A stretch of 14,794 nt of DNA from a virus, in IMG/VR virus record IMGVR_UViG_3300031521_002449. One strand, 5' to 3'. A program made the translations under genes and the position numbers. Under the pieces are notes generated by a model that saw only the letters and a list, made by a program, of their open reading frames with translations, was not told where the DNA came from and ran no database searches. Of the stretch, positions 1 to 7,113 are shown in pieces (positions within the stretch are counted from its first letter, which is position 1; every line of letters begins with the position of its first letter).

Positions 1-89
1 CAAAAAATACTGGGGATTTATCTGAGTCAATTATGATTGCAGATATAAGAATGATTGAATCTAAAAATAAATTAAAAGAATTATTATGA
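1..89 (+). CDS. 3' end of an upstream gene (partial, frame 3); ends ...SKNKLKELL*
   Basis: Open frame from the window edge to the TGA at 87-89. That TGA overlaps the ATG at 86-88 of the next ORF (ATGA coupling), consistent with the operon pattern seen elsewhere in the window. Confidence 0.3.
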   Translation, partial: KNTGDLSESIMIADIRMIESKNKLKELL

Positions 90-277
90 ATAATGATATA
101 ATGAATGATAATGTATATAAAAATTCCTATGGTATAGAACCAATATTTGACGGCAATCAGTTTTATACAAGAAAAATAATAATAACAAATGAAACTATTT
201 TAGATAAAATACCTATTAATGAAATAGAACAGTTTTTACGCAAGAAAAAATTAGAAAAATTAAAATATATAAAATGA
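86..277 (+). CDS. hypothetical protein, 63 aa
   Basis: ORF with ATGA overlaps at both ends (upstream partial gene and downstream NT5C gene). No recognisable motif. Confidence 0.4.
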   Translation: MNNDIMNDNVYKNSYGIEPIFDGNQFYTRKIIITNETILDKIPINEIEQFLRKKKLEKLKYIK

Positions 278-747
278 AGGTATTACTTATTGATATGGAT
301 GGTGTTATAGTAGATTTAAGACAACATATAAACGAATTTTTTGAAAAATATCCATATTTATTTACTAAATATGAACATTGTCCAGATCATATACCTGGAA
401 TTTTTAGAAATCCTAAACCATATAAAGATGCAGTAGAATCAATAAACAAATTATATGAATCTGAAAAATATGATATGTATATTGCAACCGCTGCGCCTTG
501 GGGTAATCCTGATGCGGCAACAGATAAAAGATACTGGATTGAAACATATTTTGGTAATATGTTTCATAAAAGATTAATTTTAACACATAGAAAAGATATG
601 TTAAAAGGAGATATATTAATTGATGATAGAGAAAAAAATGGGGCTGGAGAATTTGAAGGTGAATTAATAAGATTTGGCTATAATCATATTACAGATAGTA
701 TGAATGAATACCAAGATTGGAATGCAGTTTTAAACCATTTATTATAA
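274..747 (+). CDS. 5'(3')-deoxyribonucleotidase, NT5C family (HAD superfamily)
   Basis: N-terminal HAD motif I LLIDMDGVIVDL. C-terminal block DKRYWIETYFGNMFHKRLILTHRKDMLKGDILIDDREKN matches the NT5C/dNT signature (RW..Q...F..RIILT.DK..V.GDLLIDDK). 157 aa is the typical length. Confidence 0.8.
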   Translation: MKVLLIDMDGVIVDLRQHINEFFEKYPYLFTKYEHCPDHIPGIFRNPKPYKDAVESINKLYESEKYDMYIATAAPWGNPDAATDKRYWIETYFGNMFHKRLILTHRKDMLKGDILIDDREKNGAGEFEGELIRFGYNHITDSMNEYQDWNAVLNHLL

Positions 748-753
748 AAAAAC

Positions 754-915
754 ATGAATAATAAAGATATAAATTTAGAAATTGAAAAATTAAAAGAACA
801 AATAAATATTTTGAGTGAAGAAAATAATAAACTCAAAGAAGATATAAAATATTATATTAGACGTGAAGACGAATTAAAATCTCAATTGGTTACTGAGAGA
901 TGTATGAAATATTAA
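754..915 (+). CDS. small coiled-coil protein, 53 aa (MNNKDINLEIEKLKEQINILSEENNKLKEDIKYYIRREDELKSQL...)
   Basis: ATG at 754, 6 nt after the NT5C stop; heptad-like E/K/L pattern. Below the 60-aa threshold of the ORF track, so hand-translated. Confidence 0.3.
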   Translation: MNNKDINLEIEKLKEQINILSEENNKLKEDIKYYIRREDELKSQLVTERCMKY

Positions 916-1067
916 TCGTTTTTTTGTTCTAACTTTTCTTTTTTTATTTCTTTTTCTATCAGTAATATTTTAATGCCCTGTCCATTACAAACTGGACATC
1001 TATTTTTAGTGCTTCTATCATATCCACTAGCATCACAAGCAATACAAATTTTATAAGTATCTTCCAT
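912..1067 (-). CDS. small zinc-ribbon protein, 51 aa (MEDTYKICIACDASGYDRSTKNRCPVCNGQGIKILLIEKEIKKEKLEQKND)
   Basis: Hand-translated minus-strand ORF. Two CxxC pairs (CIAC ... CPVC) spaced 13 residues apart are typical of a Zn ribbon. It is convergent with 754..915, and the two stop codons overlap. Confidence 0.4.
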   Translation of the reverse strand: MEDTYKICIACDASGYDRSTKNRCPVCNGQGIKILLIEKEIKKEKLEQKND

Positions 1068-1070
1068 TTT

Positions 1071-1242
1071 TTATATGTTAAATTTTATTTGATTTATTAT
1101 TATTAACAATTCTTCTTTACATTCTTCTATATTATCAGATGTAAATATTATTGAATCTATCCCATCTATTTCTATAGATCCTTCTGTTTTTATTAAGTAT
1201 TGTTTCAAAATCATCGTTTTCAAATGTTTTAATATATTTCAT
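1071..1242 (-). pseudogene. frameshifted or truncated member of the MKYIK...KFNI tandem family
   Basis: Minus strand reads ATG AAA TAT ATT AAA ACA TTT GAA (MKYIKTFEND...), then stops after 35 codons. A +1 frame continues ...EGSIEIDGIDSIIFTSDNIEECKEELLIIINQIKFNI* and ends with the family C-terminus. The frame switch must lie near the A5 run in TAATAAAAACAGAAGG. Confidence 0.35.
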
Positions 1243-1243
1243 A

Positions 1244-1714
1244 TTAAATATTATATTTTTTTGAATCTTTTTTAATTTCTAACTCTTCCATCAATGAGCC
1301 TTTAATATAACTATAAACTCTAACCTTAAAATCAGGCGAAGTTTTAGTATTATTATAATTTGTAAATAACGTGTGCCATATATTTTCATTATCAATTTTT
1401 ACTAAAATATCAGAATCATGATATTTTGGATTTTCAAATTTAACATCTTTACATATACCAATAATGCTATGTTTTTTTTGATCGTGCGGATTTTCATTAG
1501 AAAAATCTAAGCTGTAACACCAAGTACATTGAAATGCTATTTGTTTGTTTATTATAATTTCTTTAGCCAGATCATAAAAATCAACGTTATAGTTTCTACA
1601 ATCTTCTTTTAAATTCTTTAAACTAAATGATTTATATGATTTATCTTTAATTTTAGAGAATTCATCTCTAATTGGTTGTTTTTGATGTATAAATAGTTCG
1701 TATAATTTTATCAT
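1244..1714 (-). CDS. tandem-family protein, 156 aa (N-term MIKLYELF, C-term KKYNI)
   Basis: ORF in the minus-strand array. ATGA overlap with the upstream member. Ends with the KYNI family tail. Confidence 0.55.
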   Translation of the reverse strand: MIKLYELFIHQKQPIRDEFSKIKDKSYKSFSLKNLKEDCRNYNVDFYDLAKEIIINKQIAFQCTWCYSLDFSNENPHDQKKHSIIGICKDVKFENPKYHDSDILVKIDNENIWHTLFTNYNNTKTSPDFKVRVYSYIKGSLMEELEIKKDSKKYNI

Positions 1715-2193
1715 ATATTGTATTTTTCAACTTTCTTTTTAAATTTTACTTCTTTATGTAATGGTTTTGTATCAGCATCGTAATCATAAATTGAAACTAT
1801 TGAATCACTATCTACTAAAAAAGATTTATCTGAAAGTGGAGTAAAATCTATATATTTTTCACCACTTAAAATTTGTATATTTGATAATGTAACATTAATA
1901 TAAAAATCATCTTTATAGTAAAGACAATCAACATCTTTCACCTTACCTTTTATTATTGGGTTATTTATAAGTTTATTTATATTTTTAAATATAATAGTTT
2001 TATTTATTAAAATTTCCTTGAAAAAATTTATAACATTTATATTATAAATACTCTCTAAAGTATAATCTTCATCAAATTCTTCACTATCAAGACTGACACC
2101 TAAATATTTAATAACATCATTAATGAAAAATTGATCTTTACCAAGCATATAATTATTTTCTACACCTTCAAATATTTTAAATTTTGTTATCAT
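1711..2193 (-). CDS. tandem-family protein, 160 aa (N-term MITKFKIFE, C-term EKYNI)
   Basis: ORF in the array with ATGA overlaps on both sides and the family tail. Confidence 0.55.
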   Translation of the reverse strand: MITKFKIFEGVENNYMLGKDQFFINDVIKYLGVSLDSEEFDEDYTLESIYNINVINFFKEILINKTIIFKNINKLINNPIIKGKVKDVDCLYYKDDFYINVTLSNIQILSGEKYIDFTPLSDKSFLVDSDSIVSIYDYDADTKPLHKEVKFKKKVEKYNI

Positions 2194-2417
2194 AGTTTTT
2201 TTATCGTATCTTTAATAGTATCATTTTTAACATATAATAAGTATTCACCTTTATTTGTTGTAAGGTTATAAATAGAATGACCTTCATTAATAGCGGTTAT
2301 AATTTCAAGATATTCATCTATTTCTTCTTTAGATAATTTATAACTTTTTGACAATTCTTTCAACGCCATTTCTTTTGTAATTTCTTCAGTTTTCAGAATT
2401 TCTGTTTTTTTCTTCAT
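2190..2417 (-). CDS. hypothetical protein, 75 aa, embedded in the array (no KYNI tail)
   Basis: ORF with ATGA overlap downstream and a 3-nt spacer upstream. K/E-rich, probably helical. Confidence 0.45.
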   Translation of the reverse strand: MKKKTEILKTEEITKEMALKELSKSYKLSKEEIDEYLEIITAINEGHSIYNLTTNKGEYLLYVKNDTIKDTIKKL

Positions 2418-2420
2418 ATA

Positions 2421-3152
2421 TTATATATTATATTTTATAAATTTCTTTCTAAGATTATATCTTTCAAATTTTTCTGGAAATTTTTCTTGTAATTCCTTAA
2501 TCTTTTTTATATCACCATTACTTGATAAATTAGATATAAAATCATCTCCTCTATCATCTTTAATACCCCAATCTGCATCTAATTCTATTAATTTATCAAC
2601 AATAGAAAAATTATCTTTTCTATGTTTCTCATTTGTAGCTTTCATTAAAGCTGTTCTTCCAAATGAATCTTGAATATCTAAGTTCGCGCCATATTTAACA
2701 AACAAGTTAATTATTTTAATTATTTGTGATGGTCTACCATTTGATGATAATATTGCAATCATCAATGGTGTTCTACTAGATTTATTTTGAACATTCGCAT
2801 TTGCGCCTTTCCTCAACAAACTTTCAATTTTTTTGATATTTAAACCATGAATTACATCAAACAATTTATTACTATCTACAGAATCATATATTGAAGATTC
2901 AGACAATTTTTTCTTAAAATTTTTATGAATTAAATATTTAACATATTTGTATATTTCTTTAGAATTTAGCAAATCAATACCATAATCATTATAAATATAA
3001 TGTATTATAAATTCTAGAACATGATCTTCAGTTAATGATTGATGTACATTAACAATATTTTTTATAGCCTTTCTATATAATATTGGAAATAGACTGGCTA
3101 TAAATTTTAGATTATTTGTTCCTTCTTTATATAATTCAAATTTGATTATCAT
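2421..3152 (-). CDS. ankyrin-repeat protein carrying the family termini (MIIKFELYKE ... KFIKYNI)
   Basis: Central ANK signatures: LLRKGANANVQNKSSRTPLMIA, LFVKYGANLDIQDSFGRTALMKA, LIELDADWGIKDDRGDDFIS (G-TPLH/ALM--A, GA-ID motifs). Embedded in the array with ATGA overlap. Confidence 0.7.
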   Translation of the reverse strand: MIIKFELYKEGTNNLKFIASLFPILYRKAIKNIVNVHQSLTEDHVLEFIIHYIYNDYGIDLLNSKEIYKYVKYLIHKNFKKKLSESSIYDSVDSNKLFDVIHGLNIKKIESLLRKGANANVQNKSSRTPLMIAILSSNGRPSQIIKIINLFVKYGANLDIQDSFGRTALMKATNEKHRKDNFSIVDKLIELDADWGIKDDRGDDFISNLSSNGDIKKIKELQEKFPEKFERYNLRKKFIKYNI

Positions 3153-3559
3153 ATGTTATATTTGTCTATTTCTATCTCAGTATTTATATTTTTTAATCTA
3201 TTTATCAATTCTATCATTTTTTCTTCTGATCCTATATACATATTACTAGTTGGGTATTCTTTTAATAAACCTATTTCATTTGCAATTTTTTTATATTTTT
3301 CTACTTTTATTTTTTCTGATGGTAATATACCGTCAGTAACATAAATAGAATATAACATTGTATTACCTGTATAATCAATATAATTTGATGTATAATATTG
3401 TTCTGTATCTGCCTTAAGATATTTAACTTTTTCTACTCCACAACTAATATTATTGTTTTTATCAGCAAAAACTTTATTTAATGAATATCTTAATTTATTA
3501 ACAAATTTTTTATTTTCTTCACTATATTGTAATGCATCATATGTTTTTATATATTTCAT
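3149..3559 (-). CDS. tandem-family protein, 136 aa (MKYIKTYD ... DKYNI)
   Basis: ORF with ATGA overlaps and both conserved termini. Confidence 0.6.
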   Translation of the reverse strand: MKYIKTYDALQYSEENKKFVNKLRYSLNKVFADKNNNISCGVEKVKYLKADTEQYYTSNYIDYTGNTMLYSIYVTDGILPSEKIKVEKYKKIANEIGLLKEYPTSNMYIGSEEKMIELINRLKNINTEIEIDKYNI

Positions 3560-4029
3560 ATGTTAAATTTGCTCTTAGTTTTATACATTTCTGAATCTAG
3601 ATCTAAATAAACTATAACTTCTTCATCTACATTATAATAGTCTTCTTCATTATCTATTTTTATACTTATATATTCAAATTGGAATATACTATCGTTTTTA
3701 CTATCCTCTGTAAAAGGACCTGATTCAAATGAAACATTAGTACATAATCCATAATGTGATCCAAAATCAGGATCATTAAAAGATATAACTTTATTTTCTA
3801 TTAAGTTTCTAACTAAAGTTATATATTCTGTTTCCATATCTGATACAATTTTATTATCATCAGGTATAGAATACCCACCTCTTGTTAATTTTTTATTTTC
3901 TCTTACTTTATTAGCATGATTTTCCATTTCAAAAATAAGTTGATGTAAATTAATATATAAATTTCCATCTTTTTCAATTATATTTTTCCATCTATAACCG
4001 TAGTCTTCAAATGTTTTTATATATTTCAT
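3556..4029 (-). CDS. tandem-family protein, 157 aa (MKYIKTFE ... SKFNI)
   Basis: ORF with ATGA overlaps and both conserved termini. Confidence 0.6.
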   Translation of the reverse strand: MKYIKTFEDYGYRWKNIIEKDGNLYINLHQLIFEMENHANKVRENKKLTRGGYSIPDDNKIVSDMETEYITLVRNLIENKVISFNDPDFGSHYGLCTNVSFESGPFTEDSKNDSIFQFEYISIKIDNEEDYYNVDEEVIVYLDLDSEMYKTKSKFNI

Positions 4030-4340
4030 ACGTTGTACTTTTTAATATTTTCTATTTGATCATCAAATTCTTCTTCATCCTCAATTAAGTTTCCTAAACC
4101 GTCATAAAGTTCATAACTATAATGATTTGCACCTTCACCAGTTTCATTAATATATTCTTCTATTCCATAATGAATACAACTATCTCTATCATCTGGCACT
4201 TTATAATAATTTTGATAATAGTTAGTATTTTCTATTCTTTTCATTGATACTTCAAAGCTACCATCAAAAGTAACCTTCAATATCTTATCAGCAGGATTAT
4301 ATGATCCTTCTAATGATTCATTGAATCTTTTAATTTTCAT
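4026..4340 (-). CDS. tandem-family protein, head of array 1, 104 aa (MKIKRFNES ... KKYNV)
   Basis: First gene downstream of the divergent intergenic region 4341-4425. Variant leader and tail. Confidence 0.55.
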   Translation of the reverse strand: MKIKRFNESLEGSYNPADKILKVTFDGSFEVSMKRIENTNYYQNYYKVPDDRDSCIHYGIEEYINETGEGANHYSYELYDGLGNLIEDEEEFDDQIENIKKYNV

Positions 4341-4425
4341 ACACTATATATAATTTTTCAAAACTAAAATAAATATTCAACTATAATTGATAGATAGAAT
4401 TCTATAAAAAATAATATAAAAAAAG

Positions 4426-4821
4426 ATGAATATAATTTTGGTAACAATTTTATTGACATTGTTAGGGACTAGTTTAGTTGTACTTTTAGTATGGTTAAGT
4501 GTAGTGTCTTGTAGAACAATAAAATTTAAAAAGAAAGTCAAAGTTCAACTTAACGACATCAGGGAAGAAATGTATAATAATGAGCAATCATTAAATACTG
4601 TAGTAAATGAACTATATAAACATATAGAAGAAATTTCAAATAATCAGTATAATAATTTGAATGATTATAAAAAAGAAGTAGGGCTAGTTTTTGAAGAATT
4701 ACATAAAGGGATTTTAAATGATCTATCTTCAAATTTACGTGAAACAAGAAAAGATATCAAAACATTAGAAAAAAACATTGATTCTCGTTTTGATAAGTTT
4801 CACAATTTAATAAAAGAATAA
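4426..4821 (+). CDS. membrane-anchored coiled-coil protein, 131 aa
   Basis: N-terminal hydrophobic helix IILVTILLTLLGTSLVVLLVWLSVV, followed by a charged coiled-coil-like region. Terminator hairpin lies immediately downstream. Confidence 0.5.
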   Translation: MNIILVTILLTLLGTSLVVLLVWLSVVSCRTIKFKKKVKVQLNDIREEMYNNEQSLNTVVNELYKHIEEISNNQYNNLNDYKKEVGLVFEELHKGILNDLSSNLRETRKDIKTLEKNIDSRFDKFHNLIKE

Positions 4822-4847
4822 CAAACAAAATAAGAATTCTATCTACT

Positions 4848-4878
4848 AAACCTCTATTTAAGAGGTTTTTTATTTTTA
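4848..4878 (+). terminator. intrinsic terminator hairpin AAACCTCT-attta-AGAGGTTT followed by TTTTATTTTT
   Basis: Perfect 8-bp inverted repeat with a 5-nt loop and a T-run, 27 nt after the stop of 4426..4821. Confidence 0.5.
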
Positions 4879-4961
4879 GAAAAATATTTATAAAACTTAA
4901 TTATTTTTATTACTATATAGAGGGTAGATTTTTCTACATAATAAAAATAATAAAAATAAAA

Positions 4962-5159
4962 ATGAGTAAATTGAATGGAAAAATAAAATTTTTTTCCGAA
5001 AAAGGATTTGGTTTCATCAAGGAAAATGAAACAAATATGGAATATTTTGTTCACGTAAGTGGATTAATAGATACCGTATATGAAAATGATGAGGTTACTT
5101 TTGAGTTAATTGAAGGTAAAAAAGGTTTGAACGCTATAAATGTACAACTTGTAGATTAA
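4962..5159 (+). CDS. cold-shock domain protein (CspA family)
   Basis: GKIKFFSEKGFGFI (RNP1-like KGFGFI) and FVHVSG (RNP2-like), then VTFELIEGKKGLNAINV. This aligns closely to E. coli CspA (GIVKWFNADKGFGFI ... VFVHFSAI ... VSFTIESGAKGPAAGNV). 65 aa. Confidence 0.85.
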   Translation: MSKLNGKIKFFSEKGFGFIKENETNMEYFVHVSGLIDTVYENDEVTFELIEGKKGLNAINVQLVD

Positions 5160-5186
5160 AAAATATTTTTAAACATTTTCTAACAA

Positions 5187-5216
5187 AAAGAGCCTCACAA
5201 GAGGCTCTTTTTAATT
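5187..5216. terminator. bidirectional intrinsic terminator AAAGAGCCTC-acaa-GAGGCTCTTT between convergent genes
   Basis: 10-bp GC-containing stem flanked by an A-run upstream and a T-run downstream. Sits between the csp stop (5159) and the minus-strand gene end (5252). Confidence 0.6.
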
Positions 5217-5251
5217 AGATAAAACTTTAACCAATTGGGTATAACCAACCA

Positions 5252-5575
5252 TCATAAGCCGACCAATAATCCTTTATATTCACCATCTGGCAAATTCACT
5301 TTTTCTAAAGATTTACATTTTTCCATTTTTTTTAGTTTTTCTTTTCTTTCAATTTTTAATGTGGTAAATCTACTTGCAAATACATATGGATAATAAATTC
5401 TATGTTCATCACAAACTACAAGATTATCAGAATTATATTCTCTGATTGATTCAATAACAGTATATTCCTTACCGACAGTAAACTCACTTCTTCCAATATT
5501 GTTTCTACATATTACAATATCTCCATTTTTAAAATGGTAATTACATTGGGAACCTGTACTTTTAATCAAATTCAT
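5252..5575 (-). CDS. hypothetical protein, 107 aa (start taken at internal ATG 5573-5575)
   Basis: The ORF-track version starts at 5599 and would overlap the NUDIX gene by 23 nt. The ATG at 5575 lies 1 nt after the NUDIX stop, consistent with the tight packing elsewhere. No recognisable motif (KNGDIVICRNN ... TVGKEYTVIE). Confidence 0.45.
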   Translation of the reverse strand: MNLIKSTGSQCNYHFKNGDIVICRNNIGRSEFTVGKEYTVIESIREYNSDNLVVCDEHRIYYPYVFASRFTTLKIERKEKLKKMEKCKSLEKVNLPDGEYKGLLVGL

Positions 5576-5576
5576 A

Positions 5577-5993
5577 TTATATTGATTCACTATATACAAA
5601 ATTTTTCAAAGGTAAGAACAAATTTTCTGGAAATTCATTATACTTGAAAAATTTCCATTCTTCACATTTATCTGGCTCAGCAATTTTTAGATTTTTAAGT
5701 TCTTTTTTTCCAATATTTTCTACTTCATATATAACTGTAATATAATGAGTTTCTTCATCAAACACAGCATTTGTAACTCCAGCAAGTTTAAGTTTATTAG
5801 TTGTTGTAGTTAAATTAGTTTCTTCTTTCAATTCTCTTATTGCACAGTCTTTCAATTCTTCGCCAAAATCAAGTTTTCCACCTGGTAATCCCCAAGTATG
5901 ATAACCTAAATTGATATTTTTTCTGTAGCCAAGTAAGATTTCACCTTTTTCATTTCTTACTATTACTGCTACTCCTACTCTCGGATTGTTCAT
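5577..5993 (-). CDS. NUDIX hydrolase
   Basis: Nudix box GKLDFGEELKDCAIRELKEETNL fits Gx5Ex7REUxEExGU, with N in place of the last G. The preceding RVGVAVIVRNEKGEILLGYR is the typical beta-strand region. 138 aa. Confidence 0.75.
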   Translation of the reverse strand: MNNPRVGVAVIVRNEKGEILLGYRKNINLGYHTWGLPGGKLDFGEELKDCAIRELKEETNLTTTTNKLKLAGVTNAVFDEETHYITVIYEVENIGKKELKNLKIAEPDKCEEWKFFKYNEFPENLFLPLKNFVYSESI

Positions 5994-6065
5994 ATATTTG
6001 TGTTATTTTTTGAAGTTTAAGTTTTCTCAATTTTTTATACAATAATATTTTTTTCTCTTATCATT

Positions 6066-6263
6066 TTAAAAATGCCTAAATTTCTTTACTTCACTATTAA
6101 TATTAAGTTTTTTTTCATCTTCTACAATTTGTAACCAACGATGAAAAATTTCAAAATCAGAATCTTCTAATTTTTCTGACAAAATTCTATGCAATTGAAT
6201 TGTATATTGACAATTCCTTGACACTGAGATCATTTCTGGTAGTATTGTTCTTTTATTTGCCAT
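6066..6263 (-). CDS. hypothetical protein, 65 aa
   Basis: ORF in the same-strand run with NUDIX. No motif recognised. Confidence 0.35.
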   Translation of the reverse strand: MANKRTILPEMISVSRNCQYTIQLHRILSEKLEDSDFEIFHRWLQIVEDEKKLNINSEVKKFRHF

Positions 6264-6289
6264 TGTCTAATAATTATTTTTTTATTTGT

Positions 6290-6658
6290 TCAATAATTTT
6301 CAATTTCAAACTTTGGAATTGTTGATTGATTCTCAGACCAAATTTTAACAATATCAAGTCTCATTTTTTCTAAACGTTCTTTATTTACTAAAAAAATATC
6401 TCCATGCAATTTAAGTTTTTTAGAAGTTTCGTCAATAGAGTATTCATCATATTTTTTGCCTAAATCTTTCACAAATGCATTAAATTCCATTTGTTTTTCT
6501 ATATTAATATTATCTATCATAACAGTTTTACACGTGTGGTCATAATGTTCAATATCAAAACAATATTGATTATAATTACCATATCCCCTGCTGTATATTT
6601 TACCAATACGATAAATACTTTCTGTGTCGATAAATTCATCTTGAACTACGATTTTCAT
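6290..6658 (-). CDS. hypothetical protein, 122 aa
   Basis: ORF starting 8 nt after the upstream gene's stop. No motif recognised. Confidence 0.45.
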   Translation of the reverse strand: MKIVVQDEFIDTESIYRIGKIYSRGYGNYNQYCFDIEHYDHTCKTVMIDNINIEKQMEFNAFVKDLGKKYDEYSIDETSKKLKLHGDIFLVNKERLEKMRLDIVKIWSENQSTIPKFEIENY

Positions 6659-6665
6659 AATTTTT

Positions 6666-6896
6666 TTAATTTTTTACAGATTCGTTAATATATGGTCTCA
6701 ATTTTGTTAATATAATACATTCTAATGCAGACTCTTTAGAAGTCCATTCAGCTTTATAATCATTCCAATATACTATAACATCAATAAATTCACCGCAAGA
6801 ACTACCATGATTAGATTCTATAAAAGTTTCAACTTTTGATTTTAAAACAACATCCTTAGTAAGTTCTTTAATCAAGTCTAATAATTCTTGTTTCAT
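6666..6896 (-). CDS. hypothetical protein, 76 aa (MKQELLDLIKELTKD...)
   Basis: The ORF track extends to a TTG at 6983. The first ATG in frame is at 6896-6894 and gives a compact 76-aa product. Confidence 0.4.
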   Translation of the reverse strand: MKQELLDLIKELTKDVVLKSKVETFIESNHGSSCGEFIDVIVYWNDYKAEWTSKESALECIILTKLRPYINESVKN

Positions 6897-7113
6897 ATCT
6901 AATAGTTTTAATTTGATAGTACAAAGATACAAAAAATAATTCAAATAAACAAGAAGGGAACAACATTTTTTAATATATAACAACGTATCGCACTCAAAAC
7001 GCGAACAAATTCTTTTTGGTTTATGTTAGTTCAGAGTTAATAAAATGACTTTGAAATTGTTGAAAGGCAATAAATGAATTAGCAAAACAAAAACAAAAAA
7101 ATAAAAAAGAAAA

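Noticed and set aside
1070-1243. Programmed +1 ribosomal frameshifting in the truncated family member
   Set aside because: Possible, but there is no recognisable slippery heptamer plus downstream structure. Simple indel decay or a homopolymer sequencing error is more parsimonious, so it is reported as a pseudogene candidate instead.
4559-5054. Minus-strand ORFs 4559..4747 and 4854..5054, plus ORFs 6491..6688 and 7625..7849 +, 13023..13211 +, 13755..14030 +
   Set aside because: Each overlaps, out of frame or antisense, a gene with strong motif support (TM/coiled-coil protein, csp, Zn-ribbon protein, MVP). Their compositions are those of spurious AT-rich frames.
5252-5599. Start at 5599 for the gene downstream of NUDIX
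   Set aside because: It would overlap the NUDIX coding end by 23 nt. The internal ATG at 5575 sits 1 nt after the NUDIX stop, matching the packing style of the rest of the window.
6027-6034. Mimiviridae early-promoter octamer AAAATTGA (minus strand) 33 nt upstream of the NUDIX start
   Set aside because: It is a single occurrence. Given the base composition, about 4 chance occurrences are expected in the window, so it is not evidence for a mimivirus-like promoter.
6666-6983. ORF-track extension of the 6666 gene to 6983
   Set aside because: It begins with TTG, and the extra 29 codons are Cys/Leu/Tyr-rich and low complexity. The first ATG at 6896 gives a compact gene and leaves a normal intergenic promoter region.
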